From contig OZ024741.1 in assembly GCA_964016885.1 (NCBI GenBank), forward strand, positions 44,206,001 through 44,270,000: a DNA stretch of 64,000 nt, in the 5' to 3' direction. Below, piece by piece: positions 1 through 13,384 of the stretch (position 1 is the stretch's first letter; each line of letters starts with the position of its first letter). Both the position numbers and the translations under genes were made by a program. Under the pieces are notes generated by a model, which saw only the letters and a list, made by a program, of their open reading frames with translations, ran no database searches and had not been told where the DNA came from. This stretch comes from Eledone cirrhosa (lineage: Eukaryota).

Positions 1-526
1 GTAAAATCATCACTGCTTTGAATAAATTTGAGTTGTAACGGATATGTTGTTGTACATTTAGGAGCAACGAATACACCAGTCAAATTATGTTATTAATGTA
101 ATACACACAAACACACACAACAAACGTATATATATATATATATGTAAAAGGTAAACAGAAATAACAACACAATCAGTACAGTATATGTAAGGAATATATT
201 AGGTTAACGCTTGATATAGCAGAAAGAGGATCTTAACGTTTCGGACGCTAGTGTGTGTCTGTGTGTCTGTGTGTGTGTAGGCGTATATGGAAGAATATAA
301 GATATGTTTATGCATCAAGGTGTGATCATGTCACATCTACCTCAATAATAGGGTGAAACTCCCAATACTAGTATTTCAAGATCTTTATCCATCAGGAGTA
401 ACGTTTATTCATTCAGTACTAAAGTAGATAAGGTAATAGCTTATATATATATATAGATTGTGCATTTTTGGAGATGTTTGTTTGCATATATTGCGGAATA
501 GATGGAGGACTGTTTATTAGTAATAA

Positions 527-700
527 TTGTTTCTGCTTTTAGCACAAGGCAGCAATTACCCAGTACACTACTAGTACTTTATTTTATCGACCCCGTAAGG
601 ATGAAAGGCAAAGTTGACTTCGTAGGGTTTGAACTCATAATGGCAAGGGCCGTAACTCTATGCGTCAAATCATGGTGCCCGACCCTCTACCGATATTGGA
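527..700 (-). mobile_element. tRNA-derived SINE (family S1)
   Basis: Shared core GGTACTTTATTTTATCGACCCCGTAAGGATGAAAGGCAAAGT, seen about 12 times in the window. Confidence 0.85.
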
Positions 701-734
701 AAATACCAACAAGACAAGATTCACGATAGATATA

Positions 735-2096
735 CTAGCCCTGAAAAATGCACAAGCTCAAAAGAGTCACAGAATGTTATAATAAACCTTCAAAAATATT
801 GTAATCATTATCTATTGTACATCTGTGGCATCTTTTATAAAAAAGAAACTCATAACGAACTTAAGACGACACGATAATTATTTAAGCTAATGTTCAATAT
901 CTCATATTAGATGTTTAGTAATGTTTATACGAAATGCACTTAAACCGAATTCTATATTATATATTCACTTAAATAATTATCGTGTCGTCTTTAGTTTGTG
1001 ATGGGTCTCTTTTTTTATAAAAGGATGCCACAGAGTGTACGATAGATAAGGATTACAATATTTTTGAGCAACAACTCTAGTCCCACACTTTTGAAGGTTT
1101 ATTATAACATTCTGTGGCTCTTTTGAGCTTGCGCATTTTTAAGGTCTAGTTTAATATTTTTTTAAGGCAACGCTTGTAATAACTCGAGTTAAACATGATA
1201 TATATTAATAATAAATTATCGCTGTAATGTAATTAGATTATATAATTGTTATTTTATAAATGATCTTATAAATAATATTGTAAGGTGTATGGAAATATTT
1301 TCAGACTTTTATATATTATTATAAACAACTACAAAAAACAATCAATATTAAATAAATATATTTGACATAATAATTGTTATAGTTGAATTAATAAAAATTA
1401 AATATTTCATACAAATAGTCGAACATAATAATAAAAAATAATCTAACATAATAATTGTTCTACTTTTGGCACCAGGCCAGCAATTATCCCAGTGCATTAC
1501 TGGTACTTTATTTATCGACCCCGTAAGGATGAAAGGCAAAGTTAACCTCGGCGGGATTTGAACTCAGATCATAAAGGGAGGTAACTCTATGCTTCAAAGC
1601 ATGGCGCCCGACCCTCTACCAATACTGCCATTCCATTAACATAATAATAATAAAATAATCTAACATAAAACGAATTATTATATTATTATATTATTATATG
1701 GACAAATATACAAGTAAAAATGATACAACCAATATTATAAGCATGTGATAACGAACTGAAAAAAAATAGTTAATATAAATTTTAAAAATCATATATAAAT
1801 TAACAATATAACTTACCAAAACGAGAAAAATATTTTGATGATTAAGGACGAAATACAGGAGGAGGAATCGAGCGAAACGATAAATAAACGTGGAAACAAA
1901 ATGGCGGATGCTTTTCAGCAACAATTACTCTCGTTGGTTGATTAGCCAATAAGACGATGAAACTAGCAAATAAGACGATACATTACAAAACATGTTTGGT
2001 AGCAATCACCACGGCCAGCGATACACTTTGAATTTTTTATTCACAAGACACGCACACTTAAAACTTTCTGCTGTTAGTCACTGCGTGTCTAAGAGA
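735..2096 (-). mobile_element. Probable non-autonomous Helitron, copy 1, with a ~415 bp fold-back at its 3' end and a nested SINE
   Basis: Colinear with 49938-51300. On the minus strand both copies start A|TC and end CTAG|T, and I see no TSD. Inverted repeat at 735-1150. Confidence 0.65.
1455..1635 (-). mobile_element. tRNA-derived SINE S1 inserted in Helitron copy 1
   Basis: S1 core, approximate TSD TAACATAATAAT, and absent from the equivalent site in copy 2. Confidence 0.85.
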
Positions 2097-2957
2097 TATC
2101 TGGAAGTATATACTTTAAGGTAAAGTATAATAAACATGCATATATTTCATTCGGCTTCTTGTATGAGAACACCAATTACTAAATTCTGATATCTCTATTC
2201 CCCATGAACGGGACTTAAGTATGTTTATTACACTTAAATATAATCTATATGCTCTGATATGCGCATCTATTCTAGATCATGCTTGTGTTAATCAATACAA
2301 GCCAGTCAAGCCCGCAATCTGCGCTAATCTATTACTTACAAAAATCTGTATAAATTTATAATCTTGCGTAAACATCACTTGTTATGAACTTCTGTCCTGA
2401 AATACTAGTATTTCGCCTTCTCATGCAATTAGTGAGGTAAATGTGACATGATAAAAGCAGAAAATATACTGAGTCAAATTAATGAATACACCCCCACCCC
2501 ACACATACATATATATTACATATATAAACACACACACACTAAAAAACGCACACATATTATATATCTATACGATGGGTATATAACGCTATAGCAGCTTAGA
2601 AATGTACAGTCATATGGACGACATTGTAGTTATTTCAAAAATATTAATGTTACTTATGTAAAACGTGTGCACAGTTAACAGAAAATCTAATTAGCTTGCT
2701 TTATATTGCTTATCAGAATATATTTCTACCGGAGAATGCCTTTAGGAAATACACCATAATAATAATAACTATTTCTTGTGCACGGTTAGATATGTATTGC
2801 ATTAAGATTTTCAAGTCCCAAGACTTATAATCCACCCGTCCTTATCTAATAAATATCCTCTAAACATTTGTATATAAAAACTTCTTTGGAAAAATTAATT
2901 GAAACGAAATATATATTAACAATACACACGAACACCTGCACAGGCACAAACACACAC

Positions 2958-3020
<63 letters not shown>

Positions 3021-3343
3021 TATTTATTTTTATGTATGTGTGTATGTATATATATATATATATATGTGGGTGTGTGTGTGTGTGTATGTATACATGTCTA
3101 TATGCAGACATATGTAGTATCAAGTGTTTGCGCAGAAAGGAAAATGAAAAAGAGCTCTCTATATTATCAACAGAACTAAAATATTATTAATGTCTGCTTG
3201 ACAAAATTTTGAAGCATGCCGCTGTATTGGACATAAACATTATTATATTCTAGCCTGGAACTGCTTTTCCTCGGCCAGGTACAGGTAAAAGAATCCCCAG
3301 TTAAACCATAATAAACTCTAAGTACCGATTAACTATGTCGAGC

Positions 3344-3528
3344 AGGTGGATTGGCAGTACCGGTAGAGAGTCGGACGCCATGCTTTGAAGCATAGAGTTG
3401 CGTCCCTTTATGATCTGAGTTCAAATCTCGCCGAGGTTAAATTTGCCTTTCATCCTTACGGGGTCGATAAAATAAAGTACCAGTAATGCACTGGGTAATT
3501 GCTGGCCCTGTGCAAAAAGAAGAAACAA
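3344..3528 (+). mobile_element. tRNA-derived SINE S1, near full length
   Basis: A-box-like TGGCAGTACCGG and B-box GAGTTCAAATCT, followed by the GCCTTTCATCCTTACGGGGTCGATAAAATAAAGTACCAG core. Confidence 0.85.
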
Positions 3529-3603
3529 TTATTTATATATATATATATACATACATACACACACAAAGATGCATATATGCATATATGCATGTATGTATGT
3601 TAT

Positions 3604-4137
3604 GTCAATTGGTTCTTCAACGCAAACTGGTAACTTGTAACCTAGTACAGCCTGTGCATGGTCGGGTCGTCGGTGACTAAACTGGTAACACTATGAAGCT
3701 TGCTTTGTGAGGAGGCCGATTTTGGACACACTCCTTGAAAAACAAAACTCTTCAAATGGCGGAGGAACACAGGAGAGTCAACGTCCAATAATGTCTTCTT
3801 TCTTCTTTTTGTTTGTGGAGCAGAGACACCTAGTCTTCAATAAGACATCTCTCTAGGAGAAGGTGACTTTGATATAAAACCTGCGTCTTCGTTTGCATCC
3901 AGTAATGTAGGACAAATCTTCTTTTTAAGTAAATGCATTCGATTTTCAGAGAGTGGAATTGGCCACATGCAAAAAAGCTTCAAGCCCAGGCATCGCTTTA
4001 TATGTGATATTTTTGTGCGATGCATAGAATTGCTGGCCATAAGCATGTACCTAGAAAGAATAAAAAGCCACGTCTGTGAGGTTCATGCTTAAATATCAAC
4101 CTATGGAATTGCTCGAAATTGAGTTGCAGCTAATACC
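3604..4137 (+). mobile_element. Older diverged copy of the RTE-derived short element (family R1)
   Basis: Aligns by eye to 4266-4853 (GGTCGGGTCGT..GACTAAACTGG, CTAGGAGAAGG, AAAAGCTTCA) and ends in (ATGT)n. Confidence 0.7.
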
Positions 4138-4264
4138 ATGTATGTATGTATGTATGTATGTATGTATGTATGTATGTATGTATGTATGTATGTATGTATG
4201 TATGTATGTATGTATGTATGTATGTTTGTATGTATGTATGTATGTATGTATGTATGTATGTATA

Positions 4265-4853
4265 TCAGGTCACCAGTTGGTGCTACTGGTAACATGTATC
4301 CCAGTACAACCTGTCTCATGGTCGGGTCGTTGGCGACTAAACTGACAACCCCACCAAGGTTTCTTGGTAAGGAGGGTGACTTTGGACATCCTGCAGGACT
4401 AAAAACAAAACCTGTCAAAGGGCAAAGGAGCTCTTAAAGTCAATGGCCATCCAAAATCACCGGGAGAGATGACCCCTTAGCCTTTGTCAAGGCGGAATTC
4501 TGATATAACACCTGCAACTCTGATGGTATCCAATGATGTTGACATGTTCTTCTTTTTGGTAAATATCATCTTGGTTAAGAGAGTGGGACTGGATTTGTGC
4601 AGTGTCTTTGCTCACTATAAAAGCTTCACGGCACAGGCAGTGCTTTATATCTGGAGATCTCTCTGCACTTGTCATCACATGGTACCATGGGCCCAGCACT
4701 ATGTGTCAATAATTATCACAAGTGTAGTGTTTGTACCAGAGTTTTCAAGTCGCTGGCTGGACTAAAAAGTCACACTTGTTCAGCGCATCGGTAGGAGTTC
4801 TCCCACATGGATATAAAGTAGTGGCCGTACTCGAAAACGAGTTGTCAGCCACC
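4265..4853 (+). mobile_element. RTE-derived non-autonomous short retroelement R1 with (ATGT)n tail
   Basis: ~590 bp repeat with many copies here. The 3' end encodes a C2H2 remnant and both sides are flanked by (TATG)n. Confidence 0.8.
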
Positions 4854-5000
4854 ATGTATGTATGTATGTATGTATGTATGTATGTATGTATGTATGTATG
4901 TATGTATGTTTGTGTGTGTATATAAATATATGTATATTATTATTGTTGTTGTTGTCGTTATTATTATGGTTGTTATTATTATTATTATTGTTATTATTAT

Positions 5001-5107
5001 TCTGAGTTCAAATCCCGCCAAGGTCAACTTTGCCTTTCATCCTTACGGGGTCGATAAAATAAAGTACCAGAAATGCACTGGGTAATTGTGCCTAACGTAG
5101 AAACAAT
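5001..5107 (+). mobile_element. 5'-truncated SINE S1
   Basis: B-box and S1 core present. Confidence 0.8.
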
Positions 5108-5654
5108 TATTATCATTATTGTTATTTGTTTTATTTATCGTGTAATGGCCATACTCGATAACGAGGGGCCAGCCATCATCATATGTATGTATGTATGTAG
5201 GTATGTATGTATGGATGGATGAATGTATGTATTCATGTATGTATGTAGGTGTGTATATATGCATATTTGCCCGTGTCTGTGTAAGTATATGTGTGTGAAT
5301 GTACATGGCTTGGTAGTTCAGGTGATCAGCTCACGTTCGGAAGGTCGAACCAAAGCAACTCGTTATGTGGTTGACCAAAATATTTTATTTCAAATTCCAC
5401 AATCTACTTAGGCTACCAGACATTAGTTGCACTTGTAATACTAGTTAGCAGACTTGTCACATGCTCTCATTACACTGCGTCTCCCTGAGAAATAAGTTAA
5501 GGGGTCAAGTCTCTCTGGAATGCTCAGCCACATATATGTCTATTTCAGGAGTAGGCATCTCTGTTAATTGAATCTATTCGACTGTCCATCGCTGGAAACG
5601 TCGGAAGCTTCTATATGTGTGCGTATGTGTGCTTTTATGTATGTATGCAAGTAC

Positions 5655-5694
5655 ACACAAACACAGACACACATACACACACACACACACGCAT

Positions 5695-5744
<50 letters not shown>

Positions 5745-5755
5745 ACACACACACC

Positions 5756-5838
<83 letters not shown>

Positions 5839-5840
5839 AT
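5655..5840. repeat. Compound microsatellite (CA)n(TA)n(TG)n
   Basis: Directly visible. Confidence 0.95.
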
Positions 5841-6316
5841 GGATGTATGTAATAGGTACACAGAAATTACAACAGAATCGGTACAGTATATGGAAGGAAT
5901 ACATTAGGTTAAAACTTGAAATAGCAAGAAGAGGTCATTAGCGTTTCGGACGCTAGTTCTTCGTCACAAGAAAGAACGAGATAAGATAGATTGAAAGGAC
6001 GGGCGGGGTGAAATTGAAAAAAATGCCTTTAGATAAAAATAGAAAAGATTTGAGATTGGGCATGTTGAAGGTAGTAGGGTGGGTGAGAAGAAGAAGATGG
6101 TATAAGAAAACAGTAGTAGAGGAAATGTGATAGAGAGACAGTGATACGAAAGATTTCCTGGTGGAAGTTCAGGTATACTCCGGGTTGATATCCAGTTTCG
6201 TGGTGAAAATCCAATTTGAAAACCCAAGTAGAGCTTCCTCGAGCTAATCGGCAGTGAAACATGTGGAATATGTAATTAAATATGTAAATGATGCAATACT
6301 GATTCTTTGGTGACTT

Positions 6317-6347
<31 letters not shown>

Positions 6348-6460
6348 GGAACAAGTAAGACCCTGGGGTCTTACTTGTTCCTATTACCTACTCTACTACC
6401 CTAAGTATTGAGTACTTTGGTGCGTTATGGTCCACCTGGTTCCTTACCACATTTCCTTCG

Positions 6461-6532
<72 letters not shown>

Positions 6533-6749
6533 ATGTATAAATCGACTCCAGTGTGTTGCAAGTACTTCATGTTATTGAGCCCGTAAGGATAAAAGGCAAT
6601 GCTAACATTGGTAGGGTGTCAACTCATAACGTAAAGAGCTGTAACATTATGCCGTGACACATGTTCTCCAATAATTACGTCGAAGCTCATGAAAAAGCTT
6701 CCTCGAATGTCATTCTCCCGAAACCCCCCAAAACGGCGAAATATTCCAT

Positions 6750-7197
6750 GAAAATCCGCAGCCGTTGTCTCTCAAAGGGCTATTGTAAAAGAGAAGGTAT
6801 TGTTAAGAAATTCTAACCCATATATACAAACCAGACAGGACTTTCATAAGGAGTTAGCCCACCTAAAAGACACCTACCTGAAGGAACAAGAAGAATACAT
6901 CAAAGATGTAATAAGGTTGGTCAATTCTTCTGCTGCCAAGAAACAATTTACAATACCTTGAAAAAACTGTCAAAAAGGTCAGTGGTAGAAAGTCATATCT
7001 AAACTAAAGGAGAACAGTCAGGCAGAAAGGCTGATTGAATGGGAAGACCACTTTAAAAATCTTGTGGGCAAGGAACCAAAACTTGCAGTTCCTGAGGTTG
7101 AACCCTTTGTTAATCATCCACTTGACATCAAAGCTGGTAACTTTACCATTGCAGATTTAGAAACTGTATTGAAAAAGATTAAAAGCAGAAAAGGCTT
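6750..7197 (+). pseudogene. LINE (RTE-like) ORF2 fragment, linker region before the RT
   Basis: Manual translation ...ERLIEWEDHFKNLVG...GNFTIADLETVLKKIKSRKG, with a stop and a frameshift. Confidence 0.7.
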
Positions 7198-8298
7198 ATT
7201 TAACGTATTTTAAATAGTCCTCAGCAGCATCCTTGTCTTGAGAAAGGAATGAAAAGAAAAATAAATACGAAGCTTGAAGTATTATAATAAATTGTTCTTC
7301 TCAGCGATTTTTTTTTTTTTCTCTTAAAGACAAGTTCATTGTTTTAAAAGCAACATCTCAGACATTTTATTCAAATATTTTCTTGTTTATTCGTCTATGA
7401 CACAAGAAGAAATAAATATAATATGATGAACTCCGCTATTAGCTTTTATTTAAAATTAACATAAATAGAATACTATCAGTTCTTACACAAATGAAATTAC
7501 ATCATGTTCTTAACTTTGAGATCACAAAAGGAATGCTTATATTTGTATTTCAATAACATAGCAAATAATTACATAGTTGAGATTAAAACTGAAAACAATT
7601 ATATATACATTTACATCAATGAGAAACGAGAAAGGAAGGATATACAAATGCATAATTTAGTATGTAAATCTGCCTTAGCAATTAACGTTTGAAACAGACA
7701 TACACATACAAAGACGCACACACATAAGAGCGCACACACACTCGCACACATATTAAAATATATATGTAAATGTGTGTTTATGCGTCTGTGTGTGTGAGAG
7801 AGAGAGAATATACACGCGTGCACACACACACACAAACGCACAACACACACACACATATATATATATATATGTCATATTAAGAGTAGATAAGACGAGGTTA
7901 CTTCAAAATAAATGCTTTATTGCAGGATACATATTTCTATTACATGGTTATGCATGTGACTTCATTAGATGCGCATACAACCATTGGTGTAGTATTGCAT
8001 AACCTGATAAAGTCACATGTATAATTATGTAACGGAAATATATATCATGCAATGAAGTAATTGTGGTGATGTAACTCCGTCGTAATTACTTCTAATGTGA
8101 TAAATTACTACTCCATCACGTCTAATCGACTTTTAGCTGGGATAAACTACTGACGTGAAGTGCTTTTGGATTGCTCAAAGTTACAGCTTAATAACCACGT
8201 AACATCAACCTATCTTCTGCAATATATGTGAATATATAAATATATATATATATAATGATATTAAAATAAATGGAAACTATATTTATAAAACCATATTT

Positions 8299-8357
8299 AT
8301 TCTATTATATATGTTTCAAGGGTACCAAAACTTTGGCATGCTTTCATCAGATAAAAT
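8299..8357 (-). ncRNA. Type I hammerhead ribozyme motif
   Basis: Minus strand: ATTTTAT-CTGATGA-stem II region-GAAA-CATATA-TA-ATAGAAT. Confidence 0.65.
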
Positions 8358-8574
8358 ACCAAGTGTGTTTTAAAAATTTTGACATAACCAAGGAAAATAC
8401 CTTAACGATTCAAGTTTTCCAAAGAAAACTTGAGTCCAGAAATAGCCATCGAAACGGCTTGAGCCTGCGTCGAGGTCATAGTTTTTCCTATTACCCACTC
8501 TACTACTCTAAGTATTGAGTACTCTGGTGCGTTATGGTCCATCTGGTTCCTTACCACAACTCCTTCGTTATAAA

Positions 8575-8606
<32 letters not shown>

Positions 8607-8611
8607 AAGGT

Positions 8612-8633
8612 AGAACACTGGAAGGAAATATCC

Positions 8634-8688
<55 letters not shown>

Positions 8689-8782
8689 AGCACTCAGTCA
8701 TGGGACCAGTTTGGTAGAAGTAGTAGAAGATCCGCATAAGGTGAAACAATTGTTCTCGGTATGGTGAACTAACTGTTGTGTT
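8612..8782. repeat. Rearranged solo Penelope pLTR (same family as 21911) with internal (TAG)n expansion
   Basis: The first part is the reverse complement of the pLTR 3' half. The second part is the forward hammerhead 3' half (GAAACAATTGTTCTCGG). Confidence 0.75.
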
Positions 8783-9126
8783 AGTACTTCTATATGTAGA
8801 TATATATGCATATATATATGTAAAATATACTCACGCACTCAAACACACGCACGCTTTCTCTCTCACACGCATATATACACACGACACACACAACCCAAAC
8901 ACACACATATATATATGAAAGAAATGTGAAGAGTGGTGAAGTAAAGATTCTCACAATTGAAGGAAATGATTAATCTTGTTCTGCTGACACAGTGACAATA
9001 TTTTAAACATAGTTATTCCTGGCATACACACATATATATATATATATATACATAAAAACACTCACAAACGCAGACTATACACCGACACACGGAACCACAT
9101 ATACATCACGTTGTCTCCCTCACAAT

Positions 9127-9231
<105 letters not shown>

Positions 9232-10552
9232 ACATACACAAACTTATGCACACGCATATACATATAGATATATTAGTATTTCAGTTAGTAACACAATTTC
9301 GCTTTTTCGCCATGACCAAGATAATGGTTGTGTCTGATTACTTATTACAGCTAAAGATATGGTAACATATTGCATTGACTTATGGTTATAATAGACTTCT
9401 AATTAGAACTGCTGCAAGAAAAAGAGAAATACATCATCTAATTATGTATGTTCTGTATGATACTCTAACGAATAGAATGCTGTAAATGATTTTCATGAAA
9501 GAACATGTTTTTGTTCCGGAGGTGGCAAAGTGTTTCCTTTCTTTTGTGAACGAAAATTAAACGACATTATTTTATTCACAATTTCGGTAGCATATCCTTA
9601 AAATGTTCCGAGAATATTATTATTGCTTATATATAGTAATAATAATATGAACGATTTGCATATATTTTTTTAGTGCACCTACGTGTTCCTGAATAACTTG
9701 ATTTCTTTGAAAAATATCAATGGACGCAGTATATTCGAAGGATTAAGAGGTTCGTTTCGCAAACCTACGGTTTCCGGTTCGATTCCGCAACATGACATTT
9801 TCGTCAACTGCATTTACCATAGATTTTTGTCGATCCAGACACTGTTATTGGAATTTAGTAGATGGAAACTGCCTGGAACCTCATTTAATAGACTGGTCTA
9901 GGAATTTAAAAGACTAGATTTGTCACATATTGTGATAGGCTATATCACAATGGCAATGAGATTCATCTCTGGAATACTCAGACACGTGTACGATATCAAG
10001 AGCAGGTTACTCCTTTGATTGGACAACATGATTATATTGAAATGTAACAAAATATTGTATACACAAAGGAAATATATCAGTGATGATACAATACTTATAA
10101 TTAAAGAAAAGGGGAAAATAAGGGAAACCCAAAGAAAACGGTAACCAAACAAACCTATGCAATTATAATGCACATTTCAGTAGGTGTACGTACAACACAA
10201 GGAAAATAGTTCAGTTATATAGAATAACATCCAACCCAGCATCTGTAAATCAAAGATATCTCATATATCTTGTCAAACATGCATGTGTATGTTTCTACGT
10301 CATGTATTTCTCCTAATCAATTATTATCATTGGCACTGGAAAAATAGAAGAACATGTTCAATATATTTTTCATTTTCCCTCTCTCCCACACTCTCCTTTT
10401 CTACACCCCTCTCTTCCCTTCACCACACACGTTCTCTCCTCTTCTATAGAGACAGGCAGGAAGGAAGAAAGAAAGATTTCTAGATAAACAAACGGATAGA
10501 TCGATATTCACACATTCTTACTCACGTACATTCACTCATACGCACATACTCA

Positions 10553-10677
<125 letters not shown>

Positions 10678-11146
10678 TATATTAAAATAAGAGATTAAAG
10701 TTTAAGCAAATAATGCTTTCACCCTTAACGGGATCTTCTCTTAAATATTTGCTCTACGGTTCTTATATATTTGATATATATTTATCCTTATCGAGCCTTC
10801 TTTGGATTGTAGTCTTCAAATTTATTATTATTACTATATATATATCATAATCTATAAAGCTCAGTGTGTGGTCATGCTCCTTCGTTATAGAAATCTACGA
10901 TATAGAAGTTCTTCAATTGAAATTTACAATTCAGTATTCGAAATAGCTTCGATTGCGTCTTGACGGAGATAATCCTTTCAATTTCACCCACAATTACGCA
11001 AAAAATAGATAAAACTCAATATTTTCCGACTTTTCTCTCTCATTTAAACTGCTGAACTCTTTCTACTACCATTCAAAATCTATACAACTTCATACTCTCT
11101 GCTACTTTCTCTTTCCAAACTTGATGGTGATACTGTCCGTTCACAC

Positions 11147-11467
11147 CACTCCCTACTGTCTTAAATTTAGAAAACACATATCCTCTATGAGGTTACTAAA
11201 CCTGCTAGAAACAGCAGTTAACTGTCCCCCATATCACACCCCTCCCCACACCAATCCCTACTGTCTTAAATTTAGAAAATACATATCCTCTATGAGGTTA
11301 CTAAACCTGCTAGAAACAGCAGCAAACTCTCCCCCATATCACACCCCTCCCTACTGTCTTAAATTTAGAAAACATATCCTCTATAAGGTCACTAAACCTG
11401 CTAGAAACAACAGCTAACTCTCCCTCATATCACAACCCTCCCTACTGTCTTAAATTTAGAAAACACA
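11147..11467 (+). repeat. Tandem repeat, ~95-105 bp unit, about 3.3 copies
   Basis: CCCTACTGTCTTAAATTTAGAAAA...CCTGCTAGAAACAGCAG repeated. Confidence 0.9.
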
Positions 11468-11469
11468 CA

Positions 11470-11751
11470 GACAACCATGCAGAACAACCCATTGCAGGTC
11501 TGTTGTTCGGCTGGCATCGTCTACGCGCGTGTTGCGCAAGTACTGTGAAACAATAAATTTCAACACTTTTTTGCACGGAGATAATATCCATAGGCGAAAC
11601 TACAATTGTCACTGCTGGCGCAGCTCATGCTTCCAGGTCTGCAATCCATTCACCCAGTGCCTGGCAGACAAAAAAGTGGTGCCATAAAATGGGTGGTGCA
11701 ACCTAACTTTGGTAACTTAATGACCCCGAGCAACGCGGAGCTTTAATGCTA

Positions 11752-11752
<1 letters not shown>
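11470..11752 (+). mobile_element. Helitron 3' terminus (5' boundary uncertain)
   Basis: Imperfect hairpin CCCCGAGCAACGCGGAG about 8 nt before CTAG|T. Confidence 0.65.
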
Positions 11753-11787
<35 letters not shown>

Positions 11788-11999
11788 GTCATTCGCCTCC
11801 AATATATTGATATCTCAATGAAAGAGAGTATATCCTAATAATGTGTTCAACCCAGAGTAATTAAGCCTATTAAACATAAAACAAAATATTGATAGGGGGT
11901 GGGCATAGGCCAGACCGAATAAAAAAATTAAGTTTTACCCATATAGTTCCTAAATCATGGTTTCTGGAATCAAAAAAGAACATCCTCTCAAAACTTTGA

Positions 12000-12166
12000 C
12001 AGAGCTCAACCCGTTTCGACGGCTATTTCAGTCCAGAAATACCCGTCGAAACGGCTTGAGCTCTGCCGTCGGGGTCATACTTTTTCCAATTTCCCACTCT
12101 ACTACCCTAAGTATTGAGTACTCTGGTGCGTTATGGTTCATCTGGTTCCTTACCACAATTCCTTTG

Positions 12167-12170
<4 letters not shown>
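12000..12170 (+). repeat. (TA)n-flanked pLTR-like repeat carrying a hammerhead 3' half; other copies at 6345-6462, 8430-8570, 29750-29905, 36040-36232
   Basis: Shared GTCGAAACGGCTTGAGCTC(A/T)GCCGTCGGGGTC...CTACTACCCTAAGTATTGAGTAC...CCTTACCAC. Confidence 0.75.
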
Positions 12171-12215
<45 letters not shown>

Positions 12216-13384
12216 TAACACAATAATCATAACTATGTTCGAAACATTTTATTGCTGACAATCGTTTCTTCCAAACTTTCGTTTGGAATCATCGGACACT
12301 AGCAAGGTTTAGACATATAATTAACCTCCTATTCCACAGAACAATCGTAAAGATACATATATGTTATTGTTATCATTAGCAGTGTCATATTTAAAGAGTG
12401 AAGAGGATGTGGTCAGTATCAGTGGATGCGACAAATATTATAAAAGTATAATACAACAATTATAGAGGAATCAATGAAGAAAGTTACTCGCAAAACGAGG
12501 ACAGTTGCAGTACATATGCAAGCGCATAGAAAGAGTGCAGATGTGTTAGGCATGTACAGAATAACCAGGTAAGAAACAAGCAATGGTACTAAGAATATAT
12601 ATCACAGTATGGCAAAAGTATCACATAATACAATACAGGTATAAAAGCATATTAAGCAGACAGCGATGTTTGTGTATGAAAGGCAGTTTCTATGAAGTTT
12701 ATGGTGGATGTAGTGTGTTAATTGTTTCTGTAATTTTCAAATGTGCATGTGTTGTGAGTATTAATATTAAGGTTTTCCTTTCCATTACATTGGTTAAATT
12801 TTAGTAAATGTTTATGAGTAGTTACAACTATGGATTGTATATTGCCCCTATTACAATCTTGTCAAGGCTTCGAGTTGTTCTAGAGTGATCTGTCTAACGG
12901 TTTAATTTCAGGAAGTGAATTAGAAATCTATATTAAGGGGAGCTAATGTGAAAGAGGAGGTAATTGGCGATTAATTTATATATAACAGAAAACAAATTTA
13001 CAGATCCAATTAGTTACATTCTATGTGTTAATATACAATATATTACGTTATAAGTGAATCCTTTTATATAATGCTATTTATTTTTAAATTTATATATCTA
13101 GTTTTAAATACAATGTTTTTCCTATAATACATTAAAGGTCTCATTTTATCACTACCGACCTAAATGAATAAAATATTAGTAAACTATAACAGTTATATTA
13201 AATGGTGGTAACTTTATGTTTATTCCTAATAGTTATTGTAGAGTATAAGATTTGAGATAAATAGGAGGTAAGTAGAGGAATGAACTGATCATAGAATGTG
13301 ATGCTATGGGGGTAATTATAGGATGAAACCTAGAGATGAAGTGTTAATGGTGGTGAGGAATCCATATCTGACATACTAGCAGCT

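Noticed and set aside
3344-3435. tRNA gene
   Set aside because: A and B boxes are present but there is no cloverleaf. It is the SINE head.
4484-4765. Recurrent ~80 aa ORFs (MVSNDVD..., MLGPWYH...) as a small gene family
   Set aside because: They recur only because R1 is repeated. The meaningful remnant is the C2H2 finger in another frame.
7876-8096. Imperfect hairpin as a miRNA precursor
   Set aside because: Too long and degenerate. More likely an old MITE or fold-back, and there is no expression evidence.
11147-11467. CRISPR-like repeat array
   Set aside because: The whole unit repeats, there are no unique spacers or cas genes, and the context is eukaryotic.
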